Part shown: piece by piece, positions 13,495 through 25,388 of the stretch
Numbering within the stretch: position 1 is the stretch's first letter
Layout of the letters: each line of letters starts with the position of its first letter
Assembly: GCF_004010195.1 (NCBI RefSeq)
Contig: NC_057719.1
Span: 49,313,336 to 49,377,335 of the forward strand
Reading direction: 5' to 3'
DNA from: Chiloscyllium plagiosum
Taxonomy: Eukaryota
DNA: 64,000 nt
Notes under the pieces: generated by a model
Databases searched by the model: none
What the model saw: the letters and a program-made list of their open reading frames with translations, nothing else
Told to the model about the DNA's origin: nothing
Position numbers and translations under genes: made by a program

Positions 13495-13719
13495 ATTTTT
13501 CAAGATGTTGTTATTTATTTCCCCAAGTTCTCTCGCTTGCATATTGTTCTCCATAGTAAACACTGATGCAAATTACTCATTTAGTATTTCCCCCAATTCC
13601 TGCGGTTCCATACAGAGGCAGCTATGCCGATCTTTAAGGGGACCTATCCTCTCCCTAGTTACTCTTTTCTCCTTAATGTATTTGTGGAAAAACTGGTTTA
13701 ATCCATGAAAGGTTCCAGG

Positions 13720-15360
13720 TATTTAAAATCAGATGATGAAAGTTGAATAAGGAATTTTATTATTTACTGACCCATTTTTACCAGTCTGCCAACACCTCCA
13801 TGCAATGAGAAACACAGTTTACAGTGAACATTTTTTTATGAGCTCTATATGAAATAATGCAAAAATTGGAATGACATGGACACATGTTCACTCTCTTTGT
13901 CCTAACCTGGGTTTGAAACCTATTTTGGAAATGGTACCCAGACTTGTTCCCTGGCTGTGGAATCTTTCTGAATTTTAACTCTTCACTGCCCAGTTTTTTA
14001 TTCCATGTACTATATTCAGGCATTTTCCAAATTTGATTTCTAGGCGGTGGGTGGGAGGTTACCTGATGTCTGCCTCCCAGATCTGCATCCTGCACCTCAC
14101 TCTCATTTAACTTTTCATCAACCTGTTTGCCCCTTTTGAAACTTCCTGTTGTTCTTTTGATCTCCCAGTAAGCAATTCTGTTTCTAATTCACTGGAATTC
14201 CCATGGCATCTTCATCAATGCTGTTCCTGTGGACTATGTTTCTTTTCCTTTCTTACCTTAATTTTGGGAATGATTTTCTCTGAGCCTGTACCTCGTACCC
14301 TGGAAGATTTACTGCCATCAGGGGGTATTCAGATTTTGCTATTTGTCACCTGTTATCTGCCTTTCCTTTCTCTGCCACAAAACTCGGGGATATTTGGGGT
14401 CTAAACATCTCCTGTATTTCACTGTGAAAGTTTCTGCATTCCAGTGTCCCTGAGTTTATGGGTCTGTTTGTTAACTCATAGATATCAGACAGAATGGCTG
14501 CCTGTCTGGGTCCTCCCACCTAATGTTCTTCTATGTTTCATCTGAGTTAGAAATGGTATTGAGTTATTGAATCTTTGAGGAACGCCTTTCCATATGTGGT
14601 CCCAATTTTAAGTATCTGAACTCACTAGTCAAATGTGAGCTACTTAAATCATTCAAATTCCAGCTATGTCTGGTCAGGCTTTTTCTTGAGAGTAAAGAAT
14701 TGTTGCCAGTAAGCCTCTGGCACTAACTTTTCCACACTGAAAACAGGCCCATTTGCTGCCACCTAGTCATTTACAAACTCCTCAGGCAAGAGGGAGTAAA
14801 CTTTGTGAGCTTTCTCTGTCAACCTGCTTTGTGTCTGCTGTTGGTTTGGTCACTTTAATTGCTGTTCTAACTTCTCAAAGCAATGAAAAGATGTCCATTT
14901 CTTTCTCATCAAACCTGTGGAATGAATGAGTGATCTTGAATATCTCAGCTCTTAAATTTAAGTTTAAGGTGGTTCCCTGAATTCAATGGAATTCTGCCTT
15001 CTCAGCACAAGCCATCTCAGTGACATTCCCTTTCCATCCTGTCCTTCTCTCCCTTCCTTGGAATTTTCTTCCCTTTCCCAAAATTCACTTTCCATCCTTT
15101 GATGTTGAAATTCTACTTCTAATTTCCTGATCTGCTACAGTTTTATTTTATCTGTGTAATTGCCCTCTGTCTCCACCTCCTTGAGGTTTTGCTACACATT
15201 TCGCATTTTCTGTTTCTCTGGCTTTTGGGCAGAACTCACTTTTAAGTATTTAGCTATTACTTGTTCCAATTCTTCCCAGGAGAATACTTTTAATTGTTCA
15301 AAAGTTAACTTGTCCTTCTCTTTGAAAGGAATGACATCAAATGGAGACATCTTTGCACTT
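13720..15360 (-). mobile_element. Gmr1-like Ty3/Gypsy LTR retrotransposon relic (SCAN-like gag region)
   Basis: Minus 14750-14635 translates VEKLVPEAYWQQFFTLKKKPDQT*LEFE, like the Gmr1 gag motif YELVPEAYRQKFR; upstream FEKLEQQLK and QSRLTEKAHKVYSLL; many stops; ends approximate. Confidence 0.7.
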
Positions 15361-15622
15361 TAATGTGATTGACTATTAACTTCCCTCTAGGCTATTAGGG
15401 ATGGGCAATAAATGCTACCCAGTGACACTTTCATCCTGTGAATGAACAAAAAAAGATTGCAGATCCAAGAAAACATTTTCTTGCTTTTTTTTTTAAACAG
15501 CTTTAAAAGAATTACTTATTTTTCCCACTCCAATTCTTATTTAGGCTCTTGGAACATAGCATCTGAGGCTCCAACTTTAGTACAAATAGGTGAGGAGGAA
15601 TGAATGGACTGTCCTCTTTTTA

Positions 15623-16159
15623 GGAGAAAGTGACGAGTGCAGATGCTGGAGATCAGAGCTGAAAAATGTGTTGCTGGAAAAGCGCAGCAGGTCAGGCAGC
15701 ATCCAAGGAGCAGGAGAATCGATGTTTCGGGCATAAGCCCTTCTTCAGGAATGAGGAGGGTATGCCAAGCAGGCTAAGCTAAAAGGTAGGGAGGAGGAAC
15801 TTGGGGGAGGGGTGTTGGGAATGCAATAGGTGGAAGGAGGTTAAGGTGAGGGTGATAGGCCNNNNNNNNNNNNNNNNNNNNNNNNNNNNNNNNNNNNNNN
15901 NNNNNNNNNNNNNNNNNNNNNNNNNNNNNNNNNNNNNNNNNNNNNNNNNNNNNNNNNNNNNNNNNNNNNCCTTAACCTCCTTCCACCTATCGCATTTCCA
16001 ACGCCCCTCCCCCAAGTCCCTCCTCACTACCTTTTATCTTAGCCTGCTTGGCACACCCTCCTCATTCCTGAAGACGGGCTTATGCCCAAAACGTCGATTC
16101 TCCTGCTCCTTGGATGCTGCCTGACCTGCTGCGCTTTTCCAGCAACACATTTTTCAGCT
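15623..16159. mobile_element. Penelope-derived fold-back insertion (family A), assembly gap in its centre
   Basis: Long inverted arms either side of N run 15862-15969; 14-bp TSD CTGTCCTCTTTTTA at 15609-15622 and 16160-16173; hammerhead motifs at about 15718-15749 (-) and 16066-16096 (+, GAAA changed to AAAA). Confidence 0.88.
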
Positions 16160-16578
16160 CTGTCCTCTTTTTAACCTACTCAGTTGACCCCCATGAAGAG
16201 CTTTAACTCTTTTTAGCATGTGGCTGTATCACATTTCAATTAAAACGTAGTTTGCTGGTTCAAATTTCTGGAGCCAATGATAACGTATGCTTGAATGAAA
16301 GGAAAATATTTTTTTATTTTCTGACTAACCCTGAGAAAAATAATAAAGCATGATATCTCTCTCACTCACTCACTTTTAAAAAGAGGCAAGTGCCCACTGT
16401 AAACAGGAAGATTAAAAGAATGTGCAGTTCTTGAGGTGTTAGGTTGAACTTGAAACTTCTTTTTAATCAATGACTTCTGTCCTCAGCTGTAGCAAAATTT
16501 GTAGATGTCTTTGAGTTTTTGGTGAATTTGGATGTTTCTCTGATTTGCTTCCCATCAAGTCTTATCCACTGAGAGGCT

Positions 16579-16600
16579 GAGAGAGAGAGAGAGAGAGAGA
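16579..16600. repeat. (GA)11 microsatellite
   Basis: Direct read. Confidence 0.95.
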
Positions 16601-16851
16601 GGAGCCTTCAGCGCCCTTTTTGCAGAATAGATTTCTGTAAGTTTCCTTTTGGTGCGGGCCATTCTTAGAAGATAATATGTTTGTTGCTTGTTGACAACCT
16701 CGACTATCGTCATCCAACTCAATTCCTTAGGAATATTGTTGAGGCATCCATTTTGTCATTCTTTGTAGGTTTCGGCTAACTCGCAGCTCAGGTGGCTTCT
16801 GCAGTCATCCTAATATCGGGCCCTCGTTACGTAAAGGTGTTTTCTCCTAAA

Positions 16852-17058
16852 GGAGAAAGTGAGGACTGCAGATGCTGGAGATCAGAGCTGAAAATGTGTT
16901 GCTGGAAAAGCCCAGCAGGTCAGGCAGCATCCAGGGAACAGGAGAATTGACGTTTCGGGCATAAGCCTGAAGAAGGGCTTATGCCCGAAATGTCGATTCT
17001 CTTGTTCCCTGGATGCTGCCTGACTTGCTGCGCTTTTCCAGCAACACATTTTCAGCTC
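16852..17058. mobile_element. Penelope-derived fold-back insertion (family A)
   Basis: Inverted arms; 14-bp TSD TGTTTTCTCCTAAA at 16838-16851 and 17059-17072; + strand hammerhead CTGAAGA(16967)-agggc-ttat-gccc-GAAA-tg-TC. Confidence 0.88.
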
Positions 17059-20000
17059 TGTTTTCTCCTAAACAAAAGTCCCAGGTATTAAATCAATCAA
17101 TTGAATTAAAGATTAATAAGACATAATTTGTAACTCCATGACCACCTAGTAACACTTTCAAAGTTGAGATAGCAATGAGTTGCCTGAGAAGGATATCAAA
17201 CATATGAATCAAAGGTGAATAAATGTTGTTGAGGTACAGATGAACAATGATTTGAGTTAATGGTAGAACAAGTTGTAGAGGCTTAATGGCCTACTCCTGG
17301 ATCATTGCTATAGGTTTACTCTTCTTTCTGTAATGCTGTAATCTATTTTTAGGCAGTTCTTCCTAGTGTTTATTATTTAAATGTACAACTGTGCTAAGAA
17401 GAGTTTCTAAAACAATATGGAGAGAATTCCACCAAAATAATGCTTCTATTTGGCTGATATACATTCAGTACATTTTCCATGTTGATTCACATCCTATCTA
17501 CTTAAGCCTAGAGAATTCAGACACAGGTTGGTAACAGTCAGGCCCTATAAGCAGAAGGAAAGGTTACTGCTGAAGCTAAACCAACTCAAACTCCATAACT
17601 TACCAACACAAAGTACTGGAATGCTTCTACTTGTACAGACAGGACTACCCAATTTGTTTGGGCATTGATTTACAAGGTTAGCAGGAGCCAGTGGCAAGAA
17701 TCCCAGCCCTATTTTCTGATCTGCAAATCTTGGATGCATTTGAGCATTCTATTGTACAGCTATTTTCCCTGGTATCATTTTGTTGGATTAAAGGCTATTT
17801 TGCCTGATGAGTCTTGTTCCCACTAGTAGCTGAACAAAACTGCTCAAACTCATTATACAAATAATTAAGGGAGGAGTCACAGATGTTACATATTGGATGA
17901 CATTACTGGTGTCCAAGGTTAGAAGTGGCCACACATAATCCTCCCGTGGTATTTTGCAATTAAAAATAATTAGTACATAAATTAAGTCATTGAATACTGA
18001 TTATAATAATGATGAACTTTAATATTATATAAATAAAGCTCAGTTGTCCATTTCTCTGTTATCTACTGGGCTACTGTCACTATATATATGATGTACTATT
18101 TTACTCCAGATAATGAATCTAATCAATAAAGTTAATTTTATATAACTGATTTCAGTTTTCCCTTATTAACAGCACATATATAAACAACGAGAAGTTATGA
18201 GATGATGTGTAAACACTGAGATGGCGATGTTTGGCTGCTTAACACCCTTTTTAACTTTCTGGTGACTTAAGTTATGTTTTGTCCCTAAAATTGTATCTGT
18301 GCTATGCATGCACACATCTGGTGTGAGCAGGACCTGACTGTATTTTGGTCAGGCCATTATTTCACACAGTCTGCCTGCTGGAATCATACAGCTGAGGCAG
18401 ATTATTATGTCATTCAGTGTGTAATGCTGACTTGATACCACCTTTGCCATTTTGGCATTCAGTACTTCAGCTAGCATTCTTTTAGATATGCACAGCAGTA
18501 TTGTGTAAGATAATGGTTCTGTAGCGGTTAATATTCATGTTACATTTGGTTCCAGTCATTCTATTGATGTGAAACAGTTTGTGGCTGGAGACAAGGAATT
18601 CTACTTTAGCTCTCAGAGGTAGCAGATATATCTGTAACAGCTCCCTAAGGTCCTAGTAAAAATGTCTGAACAAACTTACTGCTAATCCAGTTTCTATTTC
18701 ACTATACTACTTACTATTGGTACTGCAATAAACCGTCTTGCTATGTGAAATTTGTGTCCCTCTGAACAAACCTACAGTGTGTAATATCTGCAACAAATCA
18801 CTAACTATGCCTCAGACAAAGTAAAGGGAAATTAGCATTTGTGGCAAATAACTATTTCAGAGAACCCATGCCTGGTGCCATATGTTCTTTAAAATAACAA
18901 ACGATACAGGTTACCGGAAATGGTCACCTTGGAAAATGACACATTGCTGCAGCAGTGTGAATCTGGTCCTCAACATGAGCAGAAGAAATCCAGAAGACCA
19001 AGAGGCAAAGGAAAACTTTATGGTATGTTTGTTTACCACTTTAAGAGTATTACTGCTTTAAGAAGATACAAATAATCATTTGGCGAATAAAAGTATTTGT
19101 CAACAGTGAGAGATGGCAGTAGGTATGGCAGCAACAACAACAAAAAATAAAGTTAGCACTCCAAAAGCAAAACTTCATTCAGAAGCTGATAAGAAGTCCT
19201 TGGACAAAATTGTAAGGTAAGGAAGAGAGAGAAAAGCATAGAAAATAAAATACAGGGCTCCTTAGCTATGGAGGTTCTGTAAGGAACATACAAAGCAGCC
19301 AGGAAGTAGTATGAGATCCTTCAGGGAAAACTGAATAACTATGTGAAAATGGTACAAAAATCATAAAGGGAAGGGAAGAGAGTGTAAAAGAGAATTTTCA
19401 TCTCTCATAATGAGCATCACCACTATCGGCATTAGTATTCATAAGATTCAACAGCAATGAACATAGAAAAAGCCAGCAATGAAATTTAGACCGAGGCAAT
19501 AGATAAACTCTCAGGGCTGATTTCAGATGATAAACAGTAACCTTAAATGAACCCAGTAAAAGAGTCCAGCAGAAGAAGAAAATTCAGGAAAATTTAAAGA
19601 TCTATAAGGGCTGCAACATGATAGTTTATTTTGGCAGAACGATCAACAATTGCAGCTAGAATACTTTTTGTTTAAAACATTGTACAGAAGTTCTTGGTGT
19701 TTTAAACCATGAAAAGCAGAAAAGCATCCATTTTACTTGGACAGAAGTGGGAAAACTACAACTTCTGCAGATAGTGGGGAAACTATCAAAGAAGCAGGTT
19801 GCCATAATTTTGTTTGTTATAAAAGGGAGAAGAAAACCCCCAAAAAAGACAGAATAACCCAGTAAACAGTGAAGAAATGTAGTATTACAAAGAAACAGAT
19901 TTAAAAATTACGGAGGAAGTAAGTTATTATGAATAGGCAGTGATACACCTTAAAACTTTACTGAAGAATTCAATACAATATTACAGGAATAGAGTTTTAA

Positions 20001-20249
20001 AACATGACAAATAAAGGAAATACTGTAACATTGTTGTGGTACAGAATGTAATCAGTTTTAGTCTTCAATTTAAAATGTAAAAGGGTAAATGCAAGAATAA
20101 AAGCTTAAAAGACAGCAGATTATAAACAGTATTGCAATGATACAGATTTTAGACGACTTTATGCTGTTGACATTAATCAGCACATTGACAAGTAATAGAG
20201 AAATATTTAATATTTCTGAGAAGATTCAGGGCAGAGATGGACAATACAG

Positions 20250-21030
20250 AACACAAGATTGCATTTCATGGTGGCAACATTTTTTAAATTTACTATATTA
20301 TCACAAAATGAAATGCTAAGACCAAAGCTGAACGAATGAATATGCTATTGCATTCAATAGGTCTGATTATAGATAATGTAAGTTAACAGACAAAACACCC
20401 ATGAGAGTACTTCATCTCTTGAAGATATCTGTAAAGCTTTTGATAATCACTTTATTTAAGAACAAATAAAATTCTTGAATGCACAAACTTTAGTGGAAGA
20501 GTTCTGTTTCCAGAAGACTCTGTAGAGAATTTATTAATAACCTCTACAGAATAGTGGAAAACTGTGAGTATGAAGATTTGGAGTCAGAATTCATACAAGA
20601 CAATTATTGGTGGAATTCTTGATTTAACATTGTCATATTTTTTACTGTTCATGGAAGATTTAATTTTGGAAGCAGAAATCAGAAAAGACTAGTACATAGC
20701 TCGTCACTCACATCCCTTCAAAATAGCAATAGTCTGTTAACTTTACATGGCATGGACACTCTAAAGATATGTGACATGCCTACACAGAGGACAAGCCTAA
20801 TTTTTTTTTTAAAGTGTTGGTTCAGGGTAACAATGGCTCATAGATACAGACAATGTCCAGCTATCACAAATGGATGCTACATTTGTAAACTGCAAAGATG
20901 ACACTATATGATGTGTGTGCAATAACTTTCAGAAGCATAGGAATGCAATAGGTTTCAGTAAATTGTATTGCATATAAAGAAACTTGAAAACGTGAATTTT
21001 TTGCAAGGGTCTGCACATATATCTTGACTT
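20250..21030 (+). mobile_element. degraded Ty3/Gypsy gag with zinc-knuckle remnants
   Basis: Across frameshifts: EDICKAFDNHF/NKILECTNF..EDSVEN/INNLYRIVENCEYEDLESEFIQD/IIGGILD..EDLILE, then HRYRQCPAITNGCYICK at about 20840-20890. Confidence 0.7.
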
Positions 21031-21039
21031 CTCCAAAGG

Positions 21040-21714
21040 GACCTAGGGGTGCAGATGCACAGGTCCTTGAAAATGGAGTTGCAGGTAGACAGGATGGTGA
21101 AGGCATTTAGCATAGATGCCTTCATCAGTTCGTGCATTGAGTATAGGAGTTGGGATGTCATATTGTAGCTGTACAAGACATTGGTTAGGCCACTTTTGGA
21201 ATATTGTCTTCAATTCTGGTCTCCCTCATATTGGATAGATGTTGTGAAACTTGGAAGGGTTCAGAAAAATTTACAAGGATGTTGGCAGGTTAGAGAGTTT
21301 GAACTATTGTTAGTGGCTGAATATTCTGGGGATTTTTTTTCCCTGGACTGTTGGGGGCTGTGGGATGACCTTATAGATGTTTATAAAATATTGAGCATCA
21401 TGGAAAGGGTAAAGAGCCAAGATCTTTTTCCCTGGGTAAGGGAATCCAAAACTAGAGGGAAAAGATTTAAAATGGACCTGAGGGGTAACATTTTCACTCA
21501 GAGAGTGATGTATGTACAGAATGAGCTGCCAGAGGATCTGGTGGAGGCTGGTACAATTATAACATTTAAAAGGCATATGGATGGGTGTATGAATAAGATG
21601 GGTTTAGAGGGATATGGGCCAAATGCTGGCAAATGGGACTAGATCAGTTTAGGGTATCTGGTCAGCATGGACGAATTGGGCTGAAGGGTCTGTTTCCATG
21701 CTGTATGAACTCTA
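21040..21714 (+). mobile_element. CR1/HER1-type LINE 3' fragment
   Basis: ORF 21181-21642 VRPLLEYCLQFWSP...FTQRV...; 3' end matches 12.2 kb. Confidence 0.92.
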
Positions 21715-21963
21715 GGTATGGCAGCATCTATAACGTCTTGGGGCAACACTGCTTTGTAAACACGTTCAAGAATAAAACATTATTGACCAAACCATCAAGT
21801 GGCAACCAATATGAGACCTCTTTGGACACTCTAGACTTCAAACAGAAGAAAGATTGAAATGAGATCACCATGACAGTACTAGACTGACATAAAATGTCTA
21901 CAAGGAAAGCCATCCTCTATGCAGGATAGCCAAGAATTAAAAGTCTCTCCACAGATCGACAGT

Positions 21964-22008
21964 CTTCAAACAAGAGACATAATATACTTCAAACAAGAGA
22001 CATAATAT
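21964..22008. repeat. 23-bp-period tandem duplication
   Basis: cttcaaacaagagacataatat occurs twice. Confidence 0.85.
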
Positions 22009-22999
22009 TCTTACTTGTGCAAAGAGAAACCACTGAAGCTTTTTGCAATTTGTTTTTGGTGTGTTCTTCTTTTATTAGCTTGCATGCATATTATATTTTC
22101 CCTTTTCTTCATCATTTCTTGATTGTCCTTTGTTACATTCTAAAAATCTCCCAAAATATCAGAATTACTATTATTTCTGGTAACATTCTATGTCTTTTCT
22201 TTAAATCTTATACAATCCATAACTCCCCCACAGTTGACTATGTTTTGAGTGTTTGAACCTTAAAGAAATGTATAGTCGTTGTAAGCTATGTAATAGTTCT
22301 TTAAAGACTAGGTATTGCCTCTGTAATGCCTTTTCCTAATCCACCTTAGCCAAATTGTGTCTCATGCCTTTTGTAATTTCTCTTATCCAAAGTTAAAACC
22401 CTTGTTCGGGTTTAACTTGCAGGTTGAAGTTATCTTAAAAACTGTGTCGCCTCTGTTACATGCTTCTCTCATTTTTTAATTAATACCAAGCTTCACACTA
22501 CACTGTTTTTTTATGGCCAAAGACTAACTCCAACAATGTCTCCTGCTCCTTGCTATTTTTCAGCCCCAACCAAACAGATTCCACATTGTTCTTCCAATAT
22601 GAGATCTTCACTTCTAAATATTTCATCTCTTATTATAAGTGCAATTCCATCTGATTTACTGACTTGTCTGCCCTTCCTAAACATCAAACATCCTTGAATG
22701 TTCAGTTTCCAGTCCTGGAAACCATTCAGCCATGCTTCTATAATGGCAATGAGATTGTAACCACCTATCCTTATTTCTGCCTACGAGGTTGCTTAATACT
22801 AATACTCTTAATTTGTTTTTTTTGGTTAGCATTCAAAGCATATTTGATGTTTGGCTTTGTTTCTCTTGTCATCCAATCTCCCTAGCAGCTTTTCTACTTC
22901 CAGTTGCCAACTTTACTCTCTTTCAAATTCCTACTTTTTAAATTTCCTGTAAAGGTACTCAGTGATGTCTAGAGTTCAGCAAAGTTGTTAACATTTACA

Positions 23000-23650
23000 T
23001 GGCATATTGCAATAGCTGAGGAATTTGCTCTGTTCTGCACAAACTGCAAGTTCCCTGGTATAGATACTATCATAAGAAATCTCCTTGGACTATAGCACAA
23101 CAAGAAGCATTCAAATGAATCTGCCAACAGCCAGAACTTCAGTGTCAGAGTGGGCAAACTTCAGCGTTGCCAGTGGTTGTGACAGTGACTGTGGCCATGA
23201 ACTTGTACGTGTCAGACTCCTTTCAGGCCAGATCAGATGATATTTGGAACATCATCTAGTTTGGAGCCTATTGTTCCATAAGGATGATCCCTTAGTATCT
23301 GTATTTTAAGACAACTGAAGAGATTTCGTTCTCATTTACTAGGAAGAAGCAGATGGAGTGAATTTGCATCATTGTAATGATTGCAGGTTTTTTTCTGCAC
23401 GATGCAGGGTTCCATTAACAGCATACAGGTCATTTTGCATGTGATGTTTGTCAACTCTGAGAGGTGCAGTCACTGAAACAGATTCCATTCCCTCAATGTG
23501 CAGCCAACTTGTGAACATTCGCAGTAGTCATGATGCCTTCATTCTGTGCCAGTCTACTGTACCATTTGCATTTGAGTCAATGTGGCAAACTAGTGAGTGA
23601 ATACTGGATGTCAAGAGCTGGCACTGATGCTGTCCATGGCCAGTTTTTTG
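23000..23650 (+). pseudogene. Harbinger DDE (HARBI1-like) transposase relic
   Basis: LPVVVTVTVAMNLYVSDSFQ (about 23167), FHSLNVQPTCEH (about 23483), SSHDAFILCQSTVP (about 23523), with stops and frameshifts. Confidence 0.8.
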
Positions 23651-23991
23651 AAAGACTATTTCCATGTTGAATGGAAACTCAATGGATGATGGGGAATTTG
23701 TCTGCTGCTGGGCAGCCGCCATCATTTCATTGACAGCCTCCTGGTACAATTTTTTCCTGGTGTGCCAAGTGGAAAAGGCAGCATTAGGAAAGTGTCTTTA
23801 ATTAAACTCTGAAGGGGTTTTAATTGGGTTCAGGCAGGTAACTATTTCTGTCATAGACTCAGTTCCTGTAGAATCATGTGCAGATGGGAACAGGTTGAGA
23901 AGCTGTTGTTTGTTTCTGTTCTCACCTAACTCCAGCTTTGGTCCACGGACCATGAAAATTCATCTTAATGATTTTGATTACACCAATATTT

Positions 23992-24321
23992 GGGTGGCAC
24001 GGTGGCACAGTGGTTAGCACTGCTGCCTCACAGAGCCAGAGACCCAGGTTAAATTCCCGCCTCAGGCAACTGTATGTGTGGAGTTTGCACATTCTCCCCG
24101 TGTCTGCGTGGGTTTCTTCCGGGTGATCTGGTTTCCTCCCACAGTCCAAAAATGTGCAGGTTAGGTGAATTGGCCATGCTAAATTGCCCATAGTGTAAGG
24201 TGAAGGGGTAAATGTAGGGGAATGGGTATAGTTGGGTTGCTCTTCGGAGGGTCGGTGTGGACTTGTTGGGCCGAAGGGCCTGTTTCCACACTGTAAGTGA
24301 TCTAACCTAAACAGTAATCTA
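23992..24321 (+). mobile_element. HE1-type SINE, full length
   Basis: Same head, body and tail as 3757-4076. Confidence 0.92.
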
Positions 24322-24644
24322 ATATTAAATTGGAGGAAATTTCTGCTCATGCATTACTGGATGTATAGAAAGAAAAGGCACCATGTGAGAATTGAGAGAA
24401 GTGATAGTTAAGCTATAGTTGGGTATCATTAGCGTACATGTGAAAACTAACACTATTTTCACTGTATAGTAGCATGCCGATGAGAAAGAAGACATGAAAA
24501 GAATGGATCCTGTGGGTATCCAATGTAATGACAGAGAAGGTGAAAGAGAAGCCATTGCAGATGATTCTCTGCTTACAATGACGTACGTAAGACAGGAACT
24601 AGGTAAGAGCTGTCACACTGAGGAGGAAAATGATGCGGACAAAT

Positions 24645-25388
24645 ACGCTTATACACTTAATGGTAAAGTCCTGGGGAGTGTTGCTGAACAGAGACCCAGG
24701 TGTGCAGGCTCATAATTCCTTGAAAGTGGAATCCAAGGTAGATAGGATAGTAAAGAAGTTGTTAGGTATGCTTACCTTTATTGGAAAATGAATTGAATAT
24801 AGGAGTTGGGAGGTCATGTTACGGCTGTACAGGACTTTGGTTAGGCCACCTTTGGAATACAGCATGCAATACTGGTTTCCCTCCTACAGGAAGGATGTTG
24901 TAAAACTTGAAAGGGTTCAGAAAAGATTTACAAGGATGTTGCCAGGTTTGGAGGGCTTGAGCTATTAGGAGCGGCTGAATAGGCTGGAGCTGTTTTCCCT
25001 GGAGAGTTTAAGGCTGAGGGGTGATGTTATAGAGGTTTGTAAGATCATGAGGAGCATGGATAGGGTAAATAGACAAGGTCTTATCCCCAGGGTGGGGGAC
25101 ATAGGTTTAGGGTGAGAGGGGTAAGATTTAAAAGGGACCTAAGGGGCAACATTTTCACACAGAGGTGGTAGGTATATGGAATGAGTTGCAGACGAAGTGG
25201 TGGAGACTAGTATGATTACAACATTTAAAAGGCATTTGAATGGGTATGTGAGTAGGAAGGGTTTAGAGAGATATGGGCCAAATATGGGCAAATGGGACTG
25301 GATTATTTTAGGATATTTGGTCGGCATGGATGAGTTAGAGTGACAGGTCTGTTTCCCTGCTGTACAACTCTATGATTCTATGATTCTA
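24645..25388 (+). mobile_element. CR1/HER1-type LINE 3' fragment
   Basis: Collinear with 11530-12300; ends in ctctatgattctatgattctat. Confidence 0.92.

Larger units (their letters stand above)
9725..13690 (-). mobile_element. CR1/HER1-type LINE, 5'-truncated ORF2 pseudogene; host of two nested insertions
   Basis: Minus ORFs carry CR1 RT motifs (VPEDWRLANLVSLFKKGGKEKSGNYRPVTLTS, SQHGF, SKFADDIK); sequence resumes at 12311 after the nested + strand LINE. Confidence 0.92.

Noticed and set aside
12799..13563. Longest ORF (254 aa) as a real gene
   Set aside because: It is a CR1 ORF2 fragment with a PLE palindrome read through in frame by chance (duplicated ILKN marks the TSD).
18173..18200. Possible + strand terminal exon (xTYINNEKL*)
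   Set aside because: A decent acceptor only; no independent support.
23992..24065. tRNA gene
   Set aside because: The A and B boxes belong to the tRNA-derived SINE head and continue into SINE body.
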